A stretch of DNA of 64,000 bases, taken from the NCBI GenBank assembly GCA_951406725.2, contig OX597821.1:40548001-40612000 (forward strand). The letters run 5' to 3'. This document shows positions 39,598 to 54,054 of this stretch, piece after piece. The DNA comes from Octopus vulgaris (lineage: Eukaryota). A program made the translations under genes and the position numbers. The notes below the pieces were generated by a model, which was not told the DNA's origin, made no database searches, and saw nothing but the letters and a program-made list of their open reading frames with translations. How positions within the stretch are numbered: the first letter of the stretch is position 1; each line of letters starts with the position of its first letter.

Positions 39598-40367
39598 GTT
39601 GTTATTACACTATTTTCGTACAGACAGAGAAAAAATATTTAAAAACTTTTTAAGAAGTAAAAAGAGAAGACAGAAATAAAAATAAAATTCCTTTTTCGTG
39701 GTAGAAAAGTAAATAGAAGGCTGCTGGTCTTACAGTGTTAAAGAAATTGACTTAATTTGTAATAAACATTGAATTCATTGAATTAACAAAGCTAACAGCA
39801 GTGGAATAGTGGAATCTAAGTTAGCAAGATGGCTGCTGCAGAGATAATTTGATGGTTTTACAGTAAGTTCTTGATGGTTATTATGTTGGTCATGAAGATT
39901 CTGTCATTTTAGCATAGTGCCGTGACATTCAATGCAAAGATGTCTACTCAAATATTTATAAATTTCAGAAAGCACACCCTGTCTTTTGTTAGAATTTTAT
40001 GAATTATATAGTATTCCATCTTCAAATCAAAAGTAAACAGAGAAATCTAAACTGTTTGGACAAAATTCCTGAATATTAGTGGAATTGTTAGAGTTTGGTG
40101 GGTGGGAAAAAAAAATCCTGGTTCATTTTGTTATGGTTCTTTACATTCTGGGTTCAAATCAAGTCAGCTTTTCTTTTCATCCTTCCAGGGCTGACGAAGT
40201 AACAGTCGATTAATGATTTTCTACCATGAAAAAAAGAATTTTTGTTTCTATTTTTCTTTCTGTTTTCTATTTTTAATACTTGAAAGTTGTAAAATGTTTT
40301 TTCTGTCTGTAAGAAAATAGTGTACTACTACTAAAATAAAAAAATAATAATAATAATGATGATGATG

Positions 40368-40425
<58 letters not shown>

Positions 40426-40441
40426 TAATGATGATGATAAT

Positions 40442-40825
40442 GAGTGGATAAAAAAAAAAGAACTTGCCTAATAATCGACATAGCATGTCCTGGTGACAAC
40501 AGGATCAATGTGAAAGAAGAACAAATAAACAACTATGACGATTTGATGTGGGAAATAGAAAGGTTGAGGTCAATTAGAAGAGATGTGATACCAATAATAA
40601 TTGGTTCACTTGGAATTATCAGCACTCAACTACCAACATGGCTGAAAAAGATCGGTGCAAATGTGAGGGTAGAACACCTTCAAAAATCAGCATTGCTTGG
40701 AACTGCAAGAAATCTTGGCAGGGTTCTTGAAGTATGACCAGTAAACTAGTGTCACCTTAGTCTGCTGGCTGTGGACAGCTGACACTTTTCATCATACCAA
40801 GCAAAATACGCTGTGTGTTTTCATA
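40442..40825 (+). mobile_element. R4/Dong-clade LINE 3' end (RLE domain, 3' UTR) inserted in (TAA)n
   Basis: DKKKRTCLIIDIACPGD..YDDL..EI..VIPIIIGSLG..HLQKSALLGTARNLGRVLEV*; (TAA)n on both sides. Confidence 0.9.
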
Positions 40826-42492
40826 TAATAATAATAATAATAATAATGATGAAGAAGATGATGATAATAATAATAATAATAATAATAATAATTGCCCTGA
40901 TGCAGTACCAGATAGTGGCTTTCATGCCTTCTCATCTTAACTGATTGGAAATGTTATCATTTACATTTGTTATCGTGGCATAAAAGATGGCCATGATCGG
41001 TTGGTGCTTTTTACATGTCACCGACACGGATGCCAGTCAGGCAGCGCTGGCATCAACCACGTTCGGATGGTGCTTTTTACCTGCCACCGGCACAGGTATC
41101 AGCAACAATAATAATAACAATAACTGATTCCAAATTTGGCACAGAGTCAGCAGTTTTAGAGGACAGCAATAAATCTATTACATTAACCCCAGTTCTCAGG
41201 TCCACAATAAGTAATAGGAATGGTGTAAAAAAAAAGTAGGACAGGAAGCTGTAATAAGTCATGTGAAAAAGGAGAGCAGGGAAATGCACAAATACTGAGC
41301 ATGGTTTTAATATTTCTATAAAGCATTGAATATGTTAATAGAATTATAGCAGAAAATGCAAGAAGTTAGGAATGAAACAATGAGACTTTGACTCCTTACA
41401 GGCTTAACCCTTGCTATGTTAAGTCTATGTAGAAGATATATAAAATGTTTATTATTTTAATATCTTGGCTTGATAAATAATCAAATTTAAAAAATTCAAT
41501 ATTCAAAATAATTCTTCAATTTTCCTTGAATTTCATAATTCACTTCTTGCCTCATATTCCCTCACTTACCAGTCAGACAGACTATATCATATTCCTATAA
41601 AAATAAACAGATAAAAAGTGTATTTAAATTCATATAATAAACCAAGTGATTACCTTTTATAGTTCAAATTTCCTACCCAATTCAATATGTTTTTATTCAT
41701 TTATTCCTATAAAATGTATTTCTGTGAGTATATATGATTATAGGAATAATTTTGACATTAAACTGGAGAGAATGTTATCAAGATATAACTTCTCTAGTTA
41801 TGTATTTCTTTCTCTCTATCTCTGTCTTTGTCTTTTCTTTTCCTCTTGAATTTAATGTAGACTTTTTTCTATTTATCTATACTAAAAAGATATAATAATA
41901 ATATCATATTATTATATTACATATGGAAAAACTAATTTTATTTTTATTTTCATTTCTTTTCTTTTTGTTGCTATCATTTCCTAATATTTGTGTAAATCAC
42001 TCAGAAATTATAGCAAAGGATATTTGTTATTAAAATGGCCAATTTGGTGATAGACGAGAGAATCTAGTAAAAAGATATATCTTGAAAATGTTCATGTACA
42101 ATAAACATGAAACATAACAGTTATTACTCTCTTTCAATGCTGATTGAATTTGATTGGGTAAAGGTGTTTGGGGAATGTTTTGTTGGTTTGTTTAAGCTCT
42201 TCATTTTATTGTTTGTATCTAAAGCAAATAATGTTATCATAGTCTTTTCATATTAGTAGTACAATATTGCTTCACTGGATTTAAGTACAAGAGAACTAGG
42301 ACCATCAGGTACTAGGGACCAACTATCTAATGCCATGTCAATGAATATTCACAATGGCTGAATTTTAAATGTACCCACCTTTTCACTGTAAATTTGTGAG
42401 AATATCTTCTATTGTTGGCAACATGTTGGTCTTTTTGTCAACTCATTTCTTACAATATACTAATGTAGTTTATCTGATTTTTTTCTTTATAA

Positions 42493-42883
42493 TCTCTCTC
42501 TATATAAAGCTGAAGTTGTCTGTGTATGGCAGGTTTGGTAGCCTTCAACTAACACTATCTCCTCCGAGACCCTGCGGTGCAAGTTGACCAAAATTGAGAG
42601 TATGATAGAAGAAGGCTTGCTCTTCCTTCCGTAGAAGAAAAAATTCAAATTGGACCATGTTAACACCAAAAATTATCTACATCAAAAAGGTGCTTTTTTT
42701 CTTTGAAAATCCCTATTTTTTACGATTTTTTTACTGCTGTGTCACCATTTTTCGGTGTATTTCAACCAGAAAATGTTCACTTAAAGAGAATAACAAGCTA
42801 CATTAGGTAAAATTTTTACTTTTCAAAAATTCCAATTACAAAGGGTCGAAACAAACCCGAGGAATGCCGGGCGATACTGCTAG
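42493..42883 (+). mobile_element. Non-autonomous Helitron
   Basis: A|TC 5' end (TCTCTATATAAAG), subterminal hairpin CCCGAGGAATGCCGGG (42856-42871), 3' CTAG|T, no TSD. Confidence 0.8.
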
Positions 42884-45485
42884 TATAGTATGGCAAATTC
42901 TTTTAATATTCCATCTCACAAAAATGATTGAGGTAAATTTAATTATTTATTTCAGTCGATAGTTATAGGCTGAAACTTCATATCCACTGAAGTTTAGAAT
43001 TCAGAGTTGTGTCTATAAAAAGGGTTTTCTTTTCTCCCATCACCTATATTAATCTTGTATACAAATCCTGATAGGAAGATGAAGATCTTGCTAAAATTAA
43101 GCATTCTATACTGCTGTTCCTGCTTTTCCTTTTGTTAACACACCTTCTAGGATACATATATCTCACAGGTACAGTTCAAGTGCAACATATCATTAGTGAA
43201 CAAAAGTCAAAGTCAAGGTTTTCCATTAGAAAATCATAAACGTACATAAGCACAAGTTTAACTATCAGGTTAAGAGGGTCATTTTGCGAACTCACAGTTT
43301 TAGGTCTCTCTAGTCCAGTTGTATGGCATCACAGGCTGCTTGTTTTGTGTATGTATATCTATCTACAAGCATACACACACACAAATACACACACACACAC
43401 ACACACACACACACGCCTGTTCTGGTTATATCAAGATCTTTCACATTGTTGGGTACTGTATTCGTGTTGCCAGGATCACTTCCCCAGTCAATATATTTTG
43501 CTATTCCTGGTCTTTTATTTTCTGCTCTTGTCAAGTCTCATTTATAGTCTAACCTGTTTTCTTTTTTTATTTCAACTATTCCTCATTTGTCTTCCATTTT
43601 TATTTCCAGCTCTATTCTTGTCTTCTGCAGAATATTCAGGATCTTTCTTTCACATTCCATTTCAAGAAGAATTCTTGTTTCTCAAACCACCAAATAAATT
43701 GGGTCTTTGCTAGAATGTCTTGTTTTAAACTTCTCTATATTTATTTGACTTTCTAATTTCCTTCACTATATGTTAATATTTGATTGTTTTTCTAATCTAA
43801 TTGGGTTTTCATTATTAAATCTCTCAAAATCTACTGAGGTCAGCTTTGCCTTTCATCCTTTTGGGGTTGATAAAATAAATACCAATTGAACTCTTGGGTC
43901 AATGTAATCGACTCATCACCACCTCCCCAGGCTTCCCTTGTGACAAAAATTTGAAATAATTACTAAATCTCTCAATAATATAGAAAGCTGCCAGAATTGA
44001 AAGAGTAATGGTTAAAGAAAAAAGGTTATAGAAAAAATGGTTGAAAGAAAAATGGTTAAAGCAAAAAAGGCATTTTTGTTTTGTGGAATTTTATTTTTGT
44101 GGCATTCTATCTGGTTCTTTATATTTTGAGTTCAAATTCTGTCGAGGTCACTTCTACCATTTGTTATTTTCTGGTCAATAAAATAAAGTACCAGTCAAGT
44201 GTAGTGGCCAATGTTATTAACGAGTATCCACCATTGTTGTCATAAAAAGTGCTTTGTACTATTTCATTTAGATCTTTACATTCTGAGTTCGAACCCTGCC
44301 AAGGCCACCTTCACTTTCATCCTTTTGGGCTTGATAAAATGAAGTACTCGTCAAGTATTGGAGCCAATGGAATTGGTTAAGCCCCACCCCTCAAAATCAG
44401 GACCTATTATTTTGTCACTGATTTATTAATAAATATTTTTTCATCTCACTGCTTTGTGTTTTCCTTCTTATATTGTTATTATTAGTTTTTAAGAGGCTAT
44501 ATTTAATGATTCAAAAAGTTTTAATCGTATTTTTTAATATTACAACAATAACAAAGGTGGCAAGATGGTTGAATCGTAAGCATGTTGGACAGAATGCTTT
44601 CTAGTGGCATTTTGTCTGTCTTATAAGTTCAAATTCTGCCAAGGGCAACTTTGGTTTCATCCTTTTAGGGTCGATAAAATAAGTACCAGTTGAGCACTGG
44701 CGTTGTTGTAATTAACTTATCTCCTTCCCTAGAATTTCTGGCCTTGTGCCAAAATTTGAAACCATTATTACAACAATGGAATAATAATTTTCTTTACTAT
44801 TTCAATTTTGTTGTTCTTTATGTTATTTCAATACCTCATTTAATATCCTGGGGTAATTCATAATTTCTTCTCGGGCCCATTTATTTAAGATATAATTTGT
44901 ATCTTGCCAGCATTATGCTTTAAGCAGAACAAGCAGTTTTAAGCAAACTGGATCATTTGGTTATTGATCTCTCAAAGACTTCGATCTGTTGATGCTACTG
45001 GGATTGATTTCTCTTACTGTTATTTAAAATAAATTTAGTCAAGCTAAGAAAATACTAAAAGAAGTTTAAAGTCTTTGGTCCAGTCATAATTCCAAACAGA
45101 AGGAAACACCTTAATTTTGCAGAAAGACAGAATATATACAGCAGTGGTTTTGTATTACATCTATTGCCAAGACCCCTGTTCCTGTTCTTCAATCATACTT
45201 TGGTCCATCACCACTTGGTATGAATCACCACCCGTAATTCCTCACCTGAACACTCAGTTGAGGGTTCGTGTCTTGGGAGTTACTTGGTGTCCTCACTTGT
45301 GACATGAAGGAAGCACTCAGTATGCTCTGTAAAGTGGTTGGTGTTAGGAAGAGCATCCGACTGTAAAAATTGTACTGAAGCAGACGGAGCACAATGCAGT
45401 TATCAGGCTCTTCAGTGCCCACCAAACTCTCCAACCCATGCCCCCATGGAACATGGACATTAAATGGTGATGGCAGTGATGATGA

Positions 45486-45517
<32 letters not shown>

Positions 45518-46082
45518 ACGACGACGACGAAGATGATAATGATGATGAAAATTATTTGTTTTTAACATAAGTGTAACATAAATCTTTAGATAAATATATT
45601 CAATGAGAATATTATATACGGACTTTATATTGAGTGCTCTATTGTATCAAAGTGTTAATACTATTAAAGTATTTATATATTTAGTACGAGCGATTATATA
45701 TATATATTTTAATAATATATTATTAATAATATTAGGAAATCAATATCAAAACTCCTCAGAAAGATATACATGTGTGAAAAATAATTATTGTATTAAAAAT
45801 ATATAAATAAGTAAATATAAATATGTATAAAAAGATATGTAAATATGTATAAGCATAAATATATAATGTATATGACAGTTTAAAAGTTTTGAATTAATTA
45901 TTTTAAGTGCAACATTTGAAATTTGGAGGAAAAGATTGTGTAGAGTCCATCTACCCCAGTGCTTGGTAAGTGCTATATTTTAGTGACACTCCCTGAAAAT
46001 GAAAGACATAGTTGACCTCAGTGGGATTTGACCTCAAAATGTAAGAGGCTACAACAATTACCACAAGGTATTTGATTTCTAT

Positions 46083-46316
46083 AAGGTGGTGAGCTGGCAG
46101 AAATGTTAGCATGCCAGGCGAAATGCTTAGCGGTATTTCGTCTGTCTTTACGTTCTGAGTTCAAATTCCGCCGAGGTTGACTTTGCCTTTCATCCTTTCG
46201 GGGTCGATAAATTAAGTACCAGTTATGCACTGGGGTCGATGTAATTGACTTAATACCTATGTCTGTCCTTGTTTGTCCCCTCTATGTTTAGCCCCTTGTG
46301 GGTAATAAAGAAATAG
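46083..46316 (+). mobile_element. SINE family B, young copy
   Basis: Perfect TSD AGGTATTTGATTTCTA (46066-46081 / 46315-46330). Confidence 0.95.
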
Positions 46317-46481
46317 GTATTTGATTTCTAGCATAGGCTCACAGCAACACATTTTTAAATATGCTATTTGTAATTTATTCCATCCATGGTGGGATTTGAA
46401 CATAATGTTTCAAGAAATGTAACTAAATAACACACAAGGTATTTCATCTAGCATACAACCAATTTAGCCCTCTACCACAAA

Positions 46482-46523
<42 letters not shown>

Positions 46524-47019
46524 AATCATCATCATCATCATCAGTTAATGTTCATTTTCCAAGCTGGCATGGGTTGGACAGTGTGACAGGAGGGCCAGGG
46601 AGCAGCACCAGACTCCACTCATCTCTTTTGGCATCAGTTTCTACAGCTGCAGGCCCTTCCTAATGCCAGCCACTTTACAGAGTGGACTGGGTGCTTTTTA
46701 CCCAGCACCAGCACATTATATTAATGATAATAATGGTTTCAAATTATGGCACAAACCAGCAATTTTAGAAGAGACGACTCATCGATTACATTGACCCCAG
46801 TGCATAACTGGTACTTATTTTATCGACCCCAAAAGATAAAAGGCAAAGTCAACCTCAGTGAAATTTGAACTCAGAACATAAAGACAGACAAAATATTGCT
46901 AAGAATTTTGCCTAACGTGCTAATAATTCTGCCAGCTCACCACCTTATTAATGGTAATAATGAAGGAGTCTCCCATCAAAGACAACATATGAGTGTTTAG
47001 CTTTTGCCGATTAGGTTTG

Positions 47020-47470
47020 ATTAAAATCATTCAAACAAATACATAACAAAACACCAGGACTGCGAAGTATACATAACATCCAGAAAATAGGCACCGCACG
47101 CATCCTATGTAAAGCACTTTCAATACAGTAACCATAAAAGCATCACAACAAACCACAGCACATACCTATTTCTTTATTACCCACAAGGGGCTAAACACAG
47201 AGGGGACAAACAAGGACAGACATAGGTATTAAGTCGATTACATCGACCCCAGTGCGTAACTGGTACTTAATTTATCGACCCCGAAAGGATGAAAGGCAAA
47301 GTCGACCTCAGCGGAATTTGAACTCACAACGTAATGCAAATGAAATACCGCTAAGCATTTCGCCCGGCGTGCTAACGTTTCTGCCAGCTCGCCACAGCAT
47401 ATACCCAAGGCATACAGAGCTGCACTTGGTAGTGTAGTGAAAGCACGTGATAAAAAAGGACTACTGAGTA
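47020..47470 (+). mobile_element. R4/Dong-like LINE 3' end with SINE B (47167-47391, minus) inserted in its 3' UTR
   Basis: SIHNIQKIGTARILCKALSIQ*, then UTR and (TAA)n. TSD CCACAGCA[C/T]ATACC at 47153-47166 / 47392-47405. Confidence 0.8.
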
Positions 47471-47828
47471 ATAATAACAATAATAATAATAATAATGATA
47501 ATAATAGTAATAGTAGTAGTAGTAGTAGTAGCAGCAGCAGCAGCAGTAGTAGTAGTAGTTGTAATAGTAATAATAATAATAATGATAATAATATTAATAA
47601 TAATAATAATAATATTGGTTTCAAATTTTGCCACGAGGCCAGCAATTTTGGGGTAGGGGGGGATTCGATTACCTCGACCTCAGTGTTCAAATGATACATC
47701 TTTTAGCAACCCCGAAAGGATGAAAGGCAAAGCTGACCTCGGCGGAATTTGAACTCAGAACATAGCGAAGAGCGAAATACCGCTAAGCATTTCATCCAGC
47801 GTGCAACGATTTTGCCAGTTCCCCACCT

Positions 47829-47878
<50 letters not shown>

Positions 47879-48040
47879 ATAATAATAATAATAACCATGT
47901 CGCACACATATGATTGTGATGCATGTGCCTAGTGTACCCTTATCAAACGGGTAGTCATGATGGGTATACTGGGCTTTGTATATTTTACCCCAGTGTCACT
48001 TTGATGACATGCACTGCTCTCTCAATAATAATAATAATTA

Positions 48041-48290
48041 TTATTTCGTTTATTGGCCACAAGGGCTAACAAAAGTCAAATAAAACATGCAAGGACAAAA
48101 TACAGGACGAAAGTTACAAAAAGGGTTTTGTCCGTTTGAAAATTCCATGTAAAAATGCAAGATAACAACGAAAATATAACAAGTAAAAACTCCCAATAGA
48201 GGGGGGGGGGGGCACTTCGAAGGGTTACTCGTGGAAAAACCCATAAAAAACACAGGAGCCTGGTCAAAAAGGGGGCAGAGAGCCCTTTTC
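48041..48290 (-). mobile_element. Retroelement 3' segment sharing its terminus with SINE B
   Basis: Minus end TTAGCCCTTGTGGCCAATAAACGAAATAA versus SINE B TTAGCCCCTTGTGGGTAATAAAGAAATA; the upstream sequence is unrelated to SINE B. Confidence 0.55.
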
Positions 48291-48481
48291 TCCTTTTATA
48301 TTACCTTTTTTTCTTACAGGTGTATCCTCAGAATTGGTCTGTTCATACTGGCCATTCTTCCGACATTGACCTAACTTTCAATAAATTTACTATGAGTCAG
48401 CACTTCCCTCTCTACTCCCATCTTCCTTTTCAAGTGAAACTTGAAAAAGTTGATGAGGCCTTGGCCAAAGAAGAAAGTGTT

Positions 48482-48527
<46 letters not shown>

Positions 48528-48746
48528 GTTTAACGTCCACTTTCCATGCTAGCATGGGTTGGACGGTTCAACTGGGTTCTGGGAAGCCCGGAGGCTGCAC
48601 CAAGTCAGTTAGATCTGGCAGTATTTCTACACCTGGATGCCCTTCCTAACACCAACCACTCCGTGAATGTAGCGGGTGCTTTTTACCTGCCACTGACACA
48701 GTAATGGTAATGATAATGATAATGATAATGATAATACTAATACTAA

Positions 48747-48798
<52 letters not shown>

Positions 48799-48817
48799 CG
48801 TAATAATAATAATAATA

Positions 48818-48927
<110 letters not shown>

Positions 48928-49194
48928 AATGATGATAATTACATCTGACATTAACACTGTTTTGTAGATCACATATAAAATGCTTGCCAGAATTTATTTC
49001 AGCAAACATGGAAGAATATAAAGGTAAGGTTTCACTTTAGTGAGGTCAATAAAACAAGTACTGTCTTCTATGTGACTCCACATAAACTGAAACACACACA
49101 CACATACACACACACACACAAACATGCACTTACATGTGCAAGACATACACACACAAGTACACACATACCCGCTCATTTATGCACATGCATGCAA

Positions 49195-49229
<35 letters not shown>

Positions 49230-49430
49230 CTATTACATAGGCAAGTCAGAATTTAAACATATTTACTATTTGAAATCCTAGCAGGCTTATGTGTGTATAC
49301 ATACGTATCCATGTTCATGCTTGTATTTGCATCAATATCTATAGCCATCTATCTGCATCTATAGCCATCTACCTGCATATCTATACTATAGCTATATCCA
49401 TATATATATATATATATCTATACTTATGTT

Positions 49431-49474
<44 letters not shown>

Positions 49475-50254
49475 TATATATATGTGTGTGTGTGAATATA
49501 CATGCATACATATGCACACACATATGCACACACATGTACATAGTCACACACATACACATGCGTTCGTGTGCACACATATTTAATACAAATTATGTATGCA
49601 TAGAATGCTTGAGAATATGTCTGTGTATTTGTGTTTGAGTGTGTTGGAGGGAAGATAAATATTTCTCTAATTCTAAAGAATTCTTGATGCAGATACAAGT
49701 TATCCTGATAAGAATTTGAAATATCTGTTTGAAGCTACTCTATAGTGACAGCTAAATATAAATAGTGACTGAAGGCAACCAGATTATGAGTCTTAATCTT
49801 GTCTGAACTTAGCTAATCATTGATCCATTTCTTTGGATATTTGAATGTCTATTTACAACATCATTGGATCAATTTATGCAAGCTGGGCATATATTTACAA
49901 GAACTGTGCATACATTCTGCGGTTGGTTGTCATTAAATGAAAATACACCATCAACACAACATCACTTAAGTATCGATGTACTTCTGGAGAAATTGGTTCA
50001 TAACAAGGTGGATAGCTGTCACACAATAAAATTCTGTTATCATTGTCTTAACATTAGATCTTTCCCAGCTGCTATACCCATTCATTGGAAAGTGGCACCA
50101 TTCAATGTGTTACCCCTTGTCTCTTTTGCGTCATTTTACATATATTTATTTCAAGTGTATTCTGTTGTGTCTTGGGGGAGTCATTTTCTTTTTGTGCCTT
50201 ATAATGTAACACACTCACCAGTAAAATTTCCATTTATTTCTTATTTTTGTTTCC

Positions 50255-50291
50255 CTAAAATTTTCGTTGCATCTTGCAACCTTTTCAATAG
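50255..50291 (-). ncRNA. Hammerhead-like motif with U3-A8 compensatory core
   Basis: CTA TTGAAAA gGTTGC aagat GCAAC GAAA ATTT TAG: perfect 5-bp stem II, AATT palindromic stem III, short stem I CTA/TAG. Confidence 0.5.
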
Positions 50292-51844
50292 TCTTGACTC
50301 TGTCCATTATTTACACTGCTTTCCTTTTTGTTTGTTTTTGTTTTTTGTTTGTTATATTCCTTTATCTTGGGCCCAACTTTTCCATTCTGTACATAGAAAC
50401 AAATGAAATAACTGAAAGGACAATGGAGTCAAAATGATTGACTAAAACCATTGAAGGTTATTGCTCCAGCACGGCCACATTCTATGAACTGAAACTAGTA
50501 AAAGTATAAAAGAACACATAAATTACAGCTATACTTGGATCCAGCTTAAACTGATGCCAGGAAGAGGGGTGATAGGTGAGCATTCAAGGTTTCAGGATGA
50601 TGGGATTTTCCCTGTGTTTAGTAAGAATTATTTGCAACGTTACATCAGATGACTCCACTTCATTAAGGCTAACTTTATAATATACAAGACATTCAGAATT
50701 AAGAAGCTCCAAGAAATGAATATGGAAGTAAACATTAGAATTAAAATTTGAATATAAATAACAAAACAGTTAGAAAGAATAACGTTGGGGAAGTTGTTGT
50801 TTTGTGTAGCAAAGAAGAGCAGCGTCTGAAAAAAGAGAAGGCAGTGTATGAGAAAGTTTGTGCTGAGTAATAACAAAGTGAAGAATTTTCAGACAAAATG
50901 AAACTGTTACATTTGTGTTGTGTAATGAATAGTTACAGCTGACATAGCAGAAGGAAACGAGACAGTCATAATTTACACAAACTCATTAGCAATAACAACT
51001 TAGAGTAAGCTATTACTAATCATTAATACTATAATTTTCCAAAAAGTTGTAATACTGAAGGGAACTAACTTAATTGGACCAACAGCTAACTGATGTATTT
51101 AGATAAGAACAATTGGGAAGGAGCAAACAGAAATAGTTCTACAACAGAGGAAGCTACATTGATCCTGTCTTTAGTTTCATATTGTTTCAGTTGCCGCCCT
51201 TCAACCTAAAAGCTAATGTTGCTATGCAGCATTGTTACTGTGTAAAGAGAAGTAAAATGATTACCAAAAATAGTCAACTACCATCAATTTGAGCATCTGA
51301 GTGTCTAAAAATCAGAGAGTGCCGATAGTTAATTTGGTGTTTACAGTATCATGGTTTGTTGATGGTCAAGATGTTTTAGTTACATAGTCCAGGCCTACTG
51401 TGGTCTTAGAAAATTAACAAAAATTTCATAAGCTTTTAATGGAGAGATGTAATTTGTACAGTAATCGAAGCTCTGGGACTGCATGGAGTGTATCATTGTT
51501 TGTTAATGGGGAGTACAAACTGATAGGGTTCATCAGGGAAGATGAATGTAAGGAATAAGTAGATATGTAAGGAATAAGTAGATAGGAAATCAATTCTAAG
51601 AACGTTGAGCAAGAAATCATTAACCCAAAACTGCTGCAGCATCTCAGGAAGATTGGCAGAGAAGAATTCCAGGATTGCAGGCATAATTAACAGCTGGAAT
51701 AAATCTGAAATAATTACTTCACAATCTTTAAGTTTCAATTTTATAACAGGCAAAAAGAAAAAAGACAGAAAAAAGCGGAATAAAAGAAAAAGACAGAAAA
51801 AAGAAAGACAAAAAGGAAAAGAAAAAGAAGAAGAATATTCAAGA

Positions 51845-52320
51845 AGTCTTGTATAAATTTGATGATATTCTCCTGTCATTGTATTCATTCCTCCAGGGCA
51901 TGATGCTAATAACCCGCAAACATATTTATCCTCGTGCATTTTGAGTATTGAAAGCAAAGCAGATTCAGAAAAATTTCTGAGGAAATGCAATTTCAAGTCT
52001 TTTTCAAAATTGCAGCTGTTTGAAACAAAATATTCAGCAAGTTCTGTCAAACTACTATTATTGTGCCTAACGTCATATCTGTGGCCATTGAATCTTTTGT
52101 TTAATTGTTCTGTTGTGCAACCAACATAAATCAAGTTGTGTTTTGTGCATTCTGTTGTGTACACAAAATGGGAATCTCTACACGTCCAACCTTCCATATA
52201 AATCATAACATTTCTGTGATGATTCCTGATGGAATTCACTTGATTTATGTTGTTGTGCGATGAACAGGTCTTACCTCTCTTGCGGTTGTTTTTCAGGGTA
52301 CAGCGTGCAGATATTCCAAT
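51845..52320 (-). mobile_element. Penelope-like element, GIY-YIG endonuclease remnant
   Basis: TCRDSHFVYTTECTKHNLIYVGCTTEQLNKRFNGHRYDVR..LAEYF..HEDKYVCGL..PGGMN matches the PLE pattern C....VVY.I.C..C...YVG.T...L..R..GH..E..WI..L..P.GLN; cut at its 5' side by a SINE A. Confidence 0.88.
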
Positions 52321-52323
52321 GCT

Positions 52324-52447
52324 TTGTAAGCCTAGTATTTATTCAATCGGTCTCTTTTGCCAAACCGCTAAATCATGGGGATGTAAACACACCAGCATCG
52401 GTTGTCAAGCGATGTTAGGGGGGACAAACACAGACACACAAACTTAT

Positions 52448-52492
<45 letters not shown>

Positions 52493-52647
52493 TACAACGG
52501 GCTTCTTTCAGTTTCCGTCTACCAAATCCACTCACAAGGCTTTGGTTGGCTCAAGGCTATAGTAGAAGACACTTGCCCAAGATGCCACACAGTGAGACTG
52601 AACCTGGAACCATGTGGGTGGTAAGCAAACTACTTACCACACAGCCA
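52324..52647 (-). mobile_element. SINE family A
   Basis: High similarity to 19712-20110. Confidence 0.9.
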
Positions 52648-53154
52648 TTTTTCGAAATGAAGCTGGACATAAACGACCCTGGTTGCTTCATTCTCAGATG
52701 ATTTACAAAGGTCATAGATTAATCTCTTATACCTGTCTAAAACATAAACTCAAAAAAAAAAACTGACCAACAGAACCACCTGGACACCTCATCTCCACTA
52801 TTTACCTTTTCACAGATACCTTTTACTGATTATTCTCTTCATCTCTTCTGAAGGTGTGTAGCTATGCAGCTCCTTTATGAGAACATGTTTTGCCCCTTCT
52901 CTCATACTTTAACCTCTCATTCCCTAGCATAAAGCTGACCATACTTCCTCAGGGTATACAGTCTTATGAGATGCATGTCAATCACGATAATGCTGGTGGC
53001 ATGAAAATAAAGCACCCAGGACCCTCTGTAAATCGGTTGGCATTAAGAAGGGCCTCCAGTTGTAGAAATCATGCCAAAGATGGCATTGGAGCAAGATGCA
53101 TGAAATCCTGTCTAATCATCCAGCCTAGGCCATCATGTAAGATGGATGTTAGAT

Positions 53155-53245
53155 GATGATGATGACGATGACGAGGATGATGATGAAGAAGAAGAAGAAG
53201 AAGAAGAAGAAGAAGAAGAAGAAGAAGAAGAAGAAGAAGAAGAAG
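53155..53245. repeat. (GAT)n/(GAA)n microsatellite extending a family C tail
   Basis: Directly visible. Confidence 0.95.
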
Positions 53246-53902
53246 CTTGTGGACACCTTTAGCTTCAATGATATCATTCGGTTATAAAGCCATGAGGAAT
53301 GAGCACCCTTATTCCCAGACAATATTTAGTTATGTAAAGAATGCTTTACAGTTCAACTGTATTCCATCTAGTCACCAATTAAGTTAGTGTTTGTATGTCA
53401 AGAGGGGTTTGTCTTTTAATGGTGAACTCTAAAGATGCAAAACGTTGTCTGAAAACAAAAGAAGAATTATCTATCTTGGGTAAAATAAATTATTTAGGAC
53501 ATAATTTATCATTTTTGATGTTTTTATTTTCAAAATACTTAATTATTTTTCATTCGATTAAAGATTTTTAACAATTTCCACTTTCTTAATTCCCTAAGCG
53601 TTTGATTCTTATCCAAGGCTTGGCTTCCTTGACATGTCATTTACTTTAACTCTTGGCAGAGTTCAACGTTATAATCATCTTCTTTTACAAAGAGTGCAAG
53701 ATGCTAAATACGGAAAACCAAAAAAAGAAACAATATAAATTGTTTAAAAATAAAAAAAACAACAAAAATTATAAACAAATCTGAGGATTAATCAAACAAA
53801 AATAGTTTCTTAAATAAACAATTTTGTAGATATTTTCTGAACAGCTATTTTTTAATCATTTATAATCCTTTAAACATTTTTAATGCATGAAATATTAAGC
53901 AA

Positions 53903-53905
53903 TGT

Positions 53906-53984
<79 letters not shown>

Positions 53985-54005
53985 CATACATATATATATA
54001 TATAC

Positions 54006-54054
<49 letters not shown>

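Noticed and set aside
48445-48475. TTGATGA-GGCCTTGGCC-AAAG as another hammerhead
   Set aside because: GAAA, stem III and stem I are missing.
51493-52239. 248-aa ORF as an intact nuclease gene
   Set aside because: Only the GIY-YIG part is recognisable; there is no RT, it is truncated by a SINE, and the rest is read-through into a pyrimidine-rich UTR.
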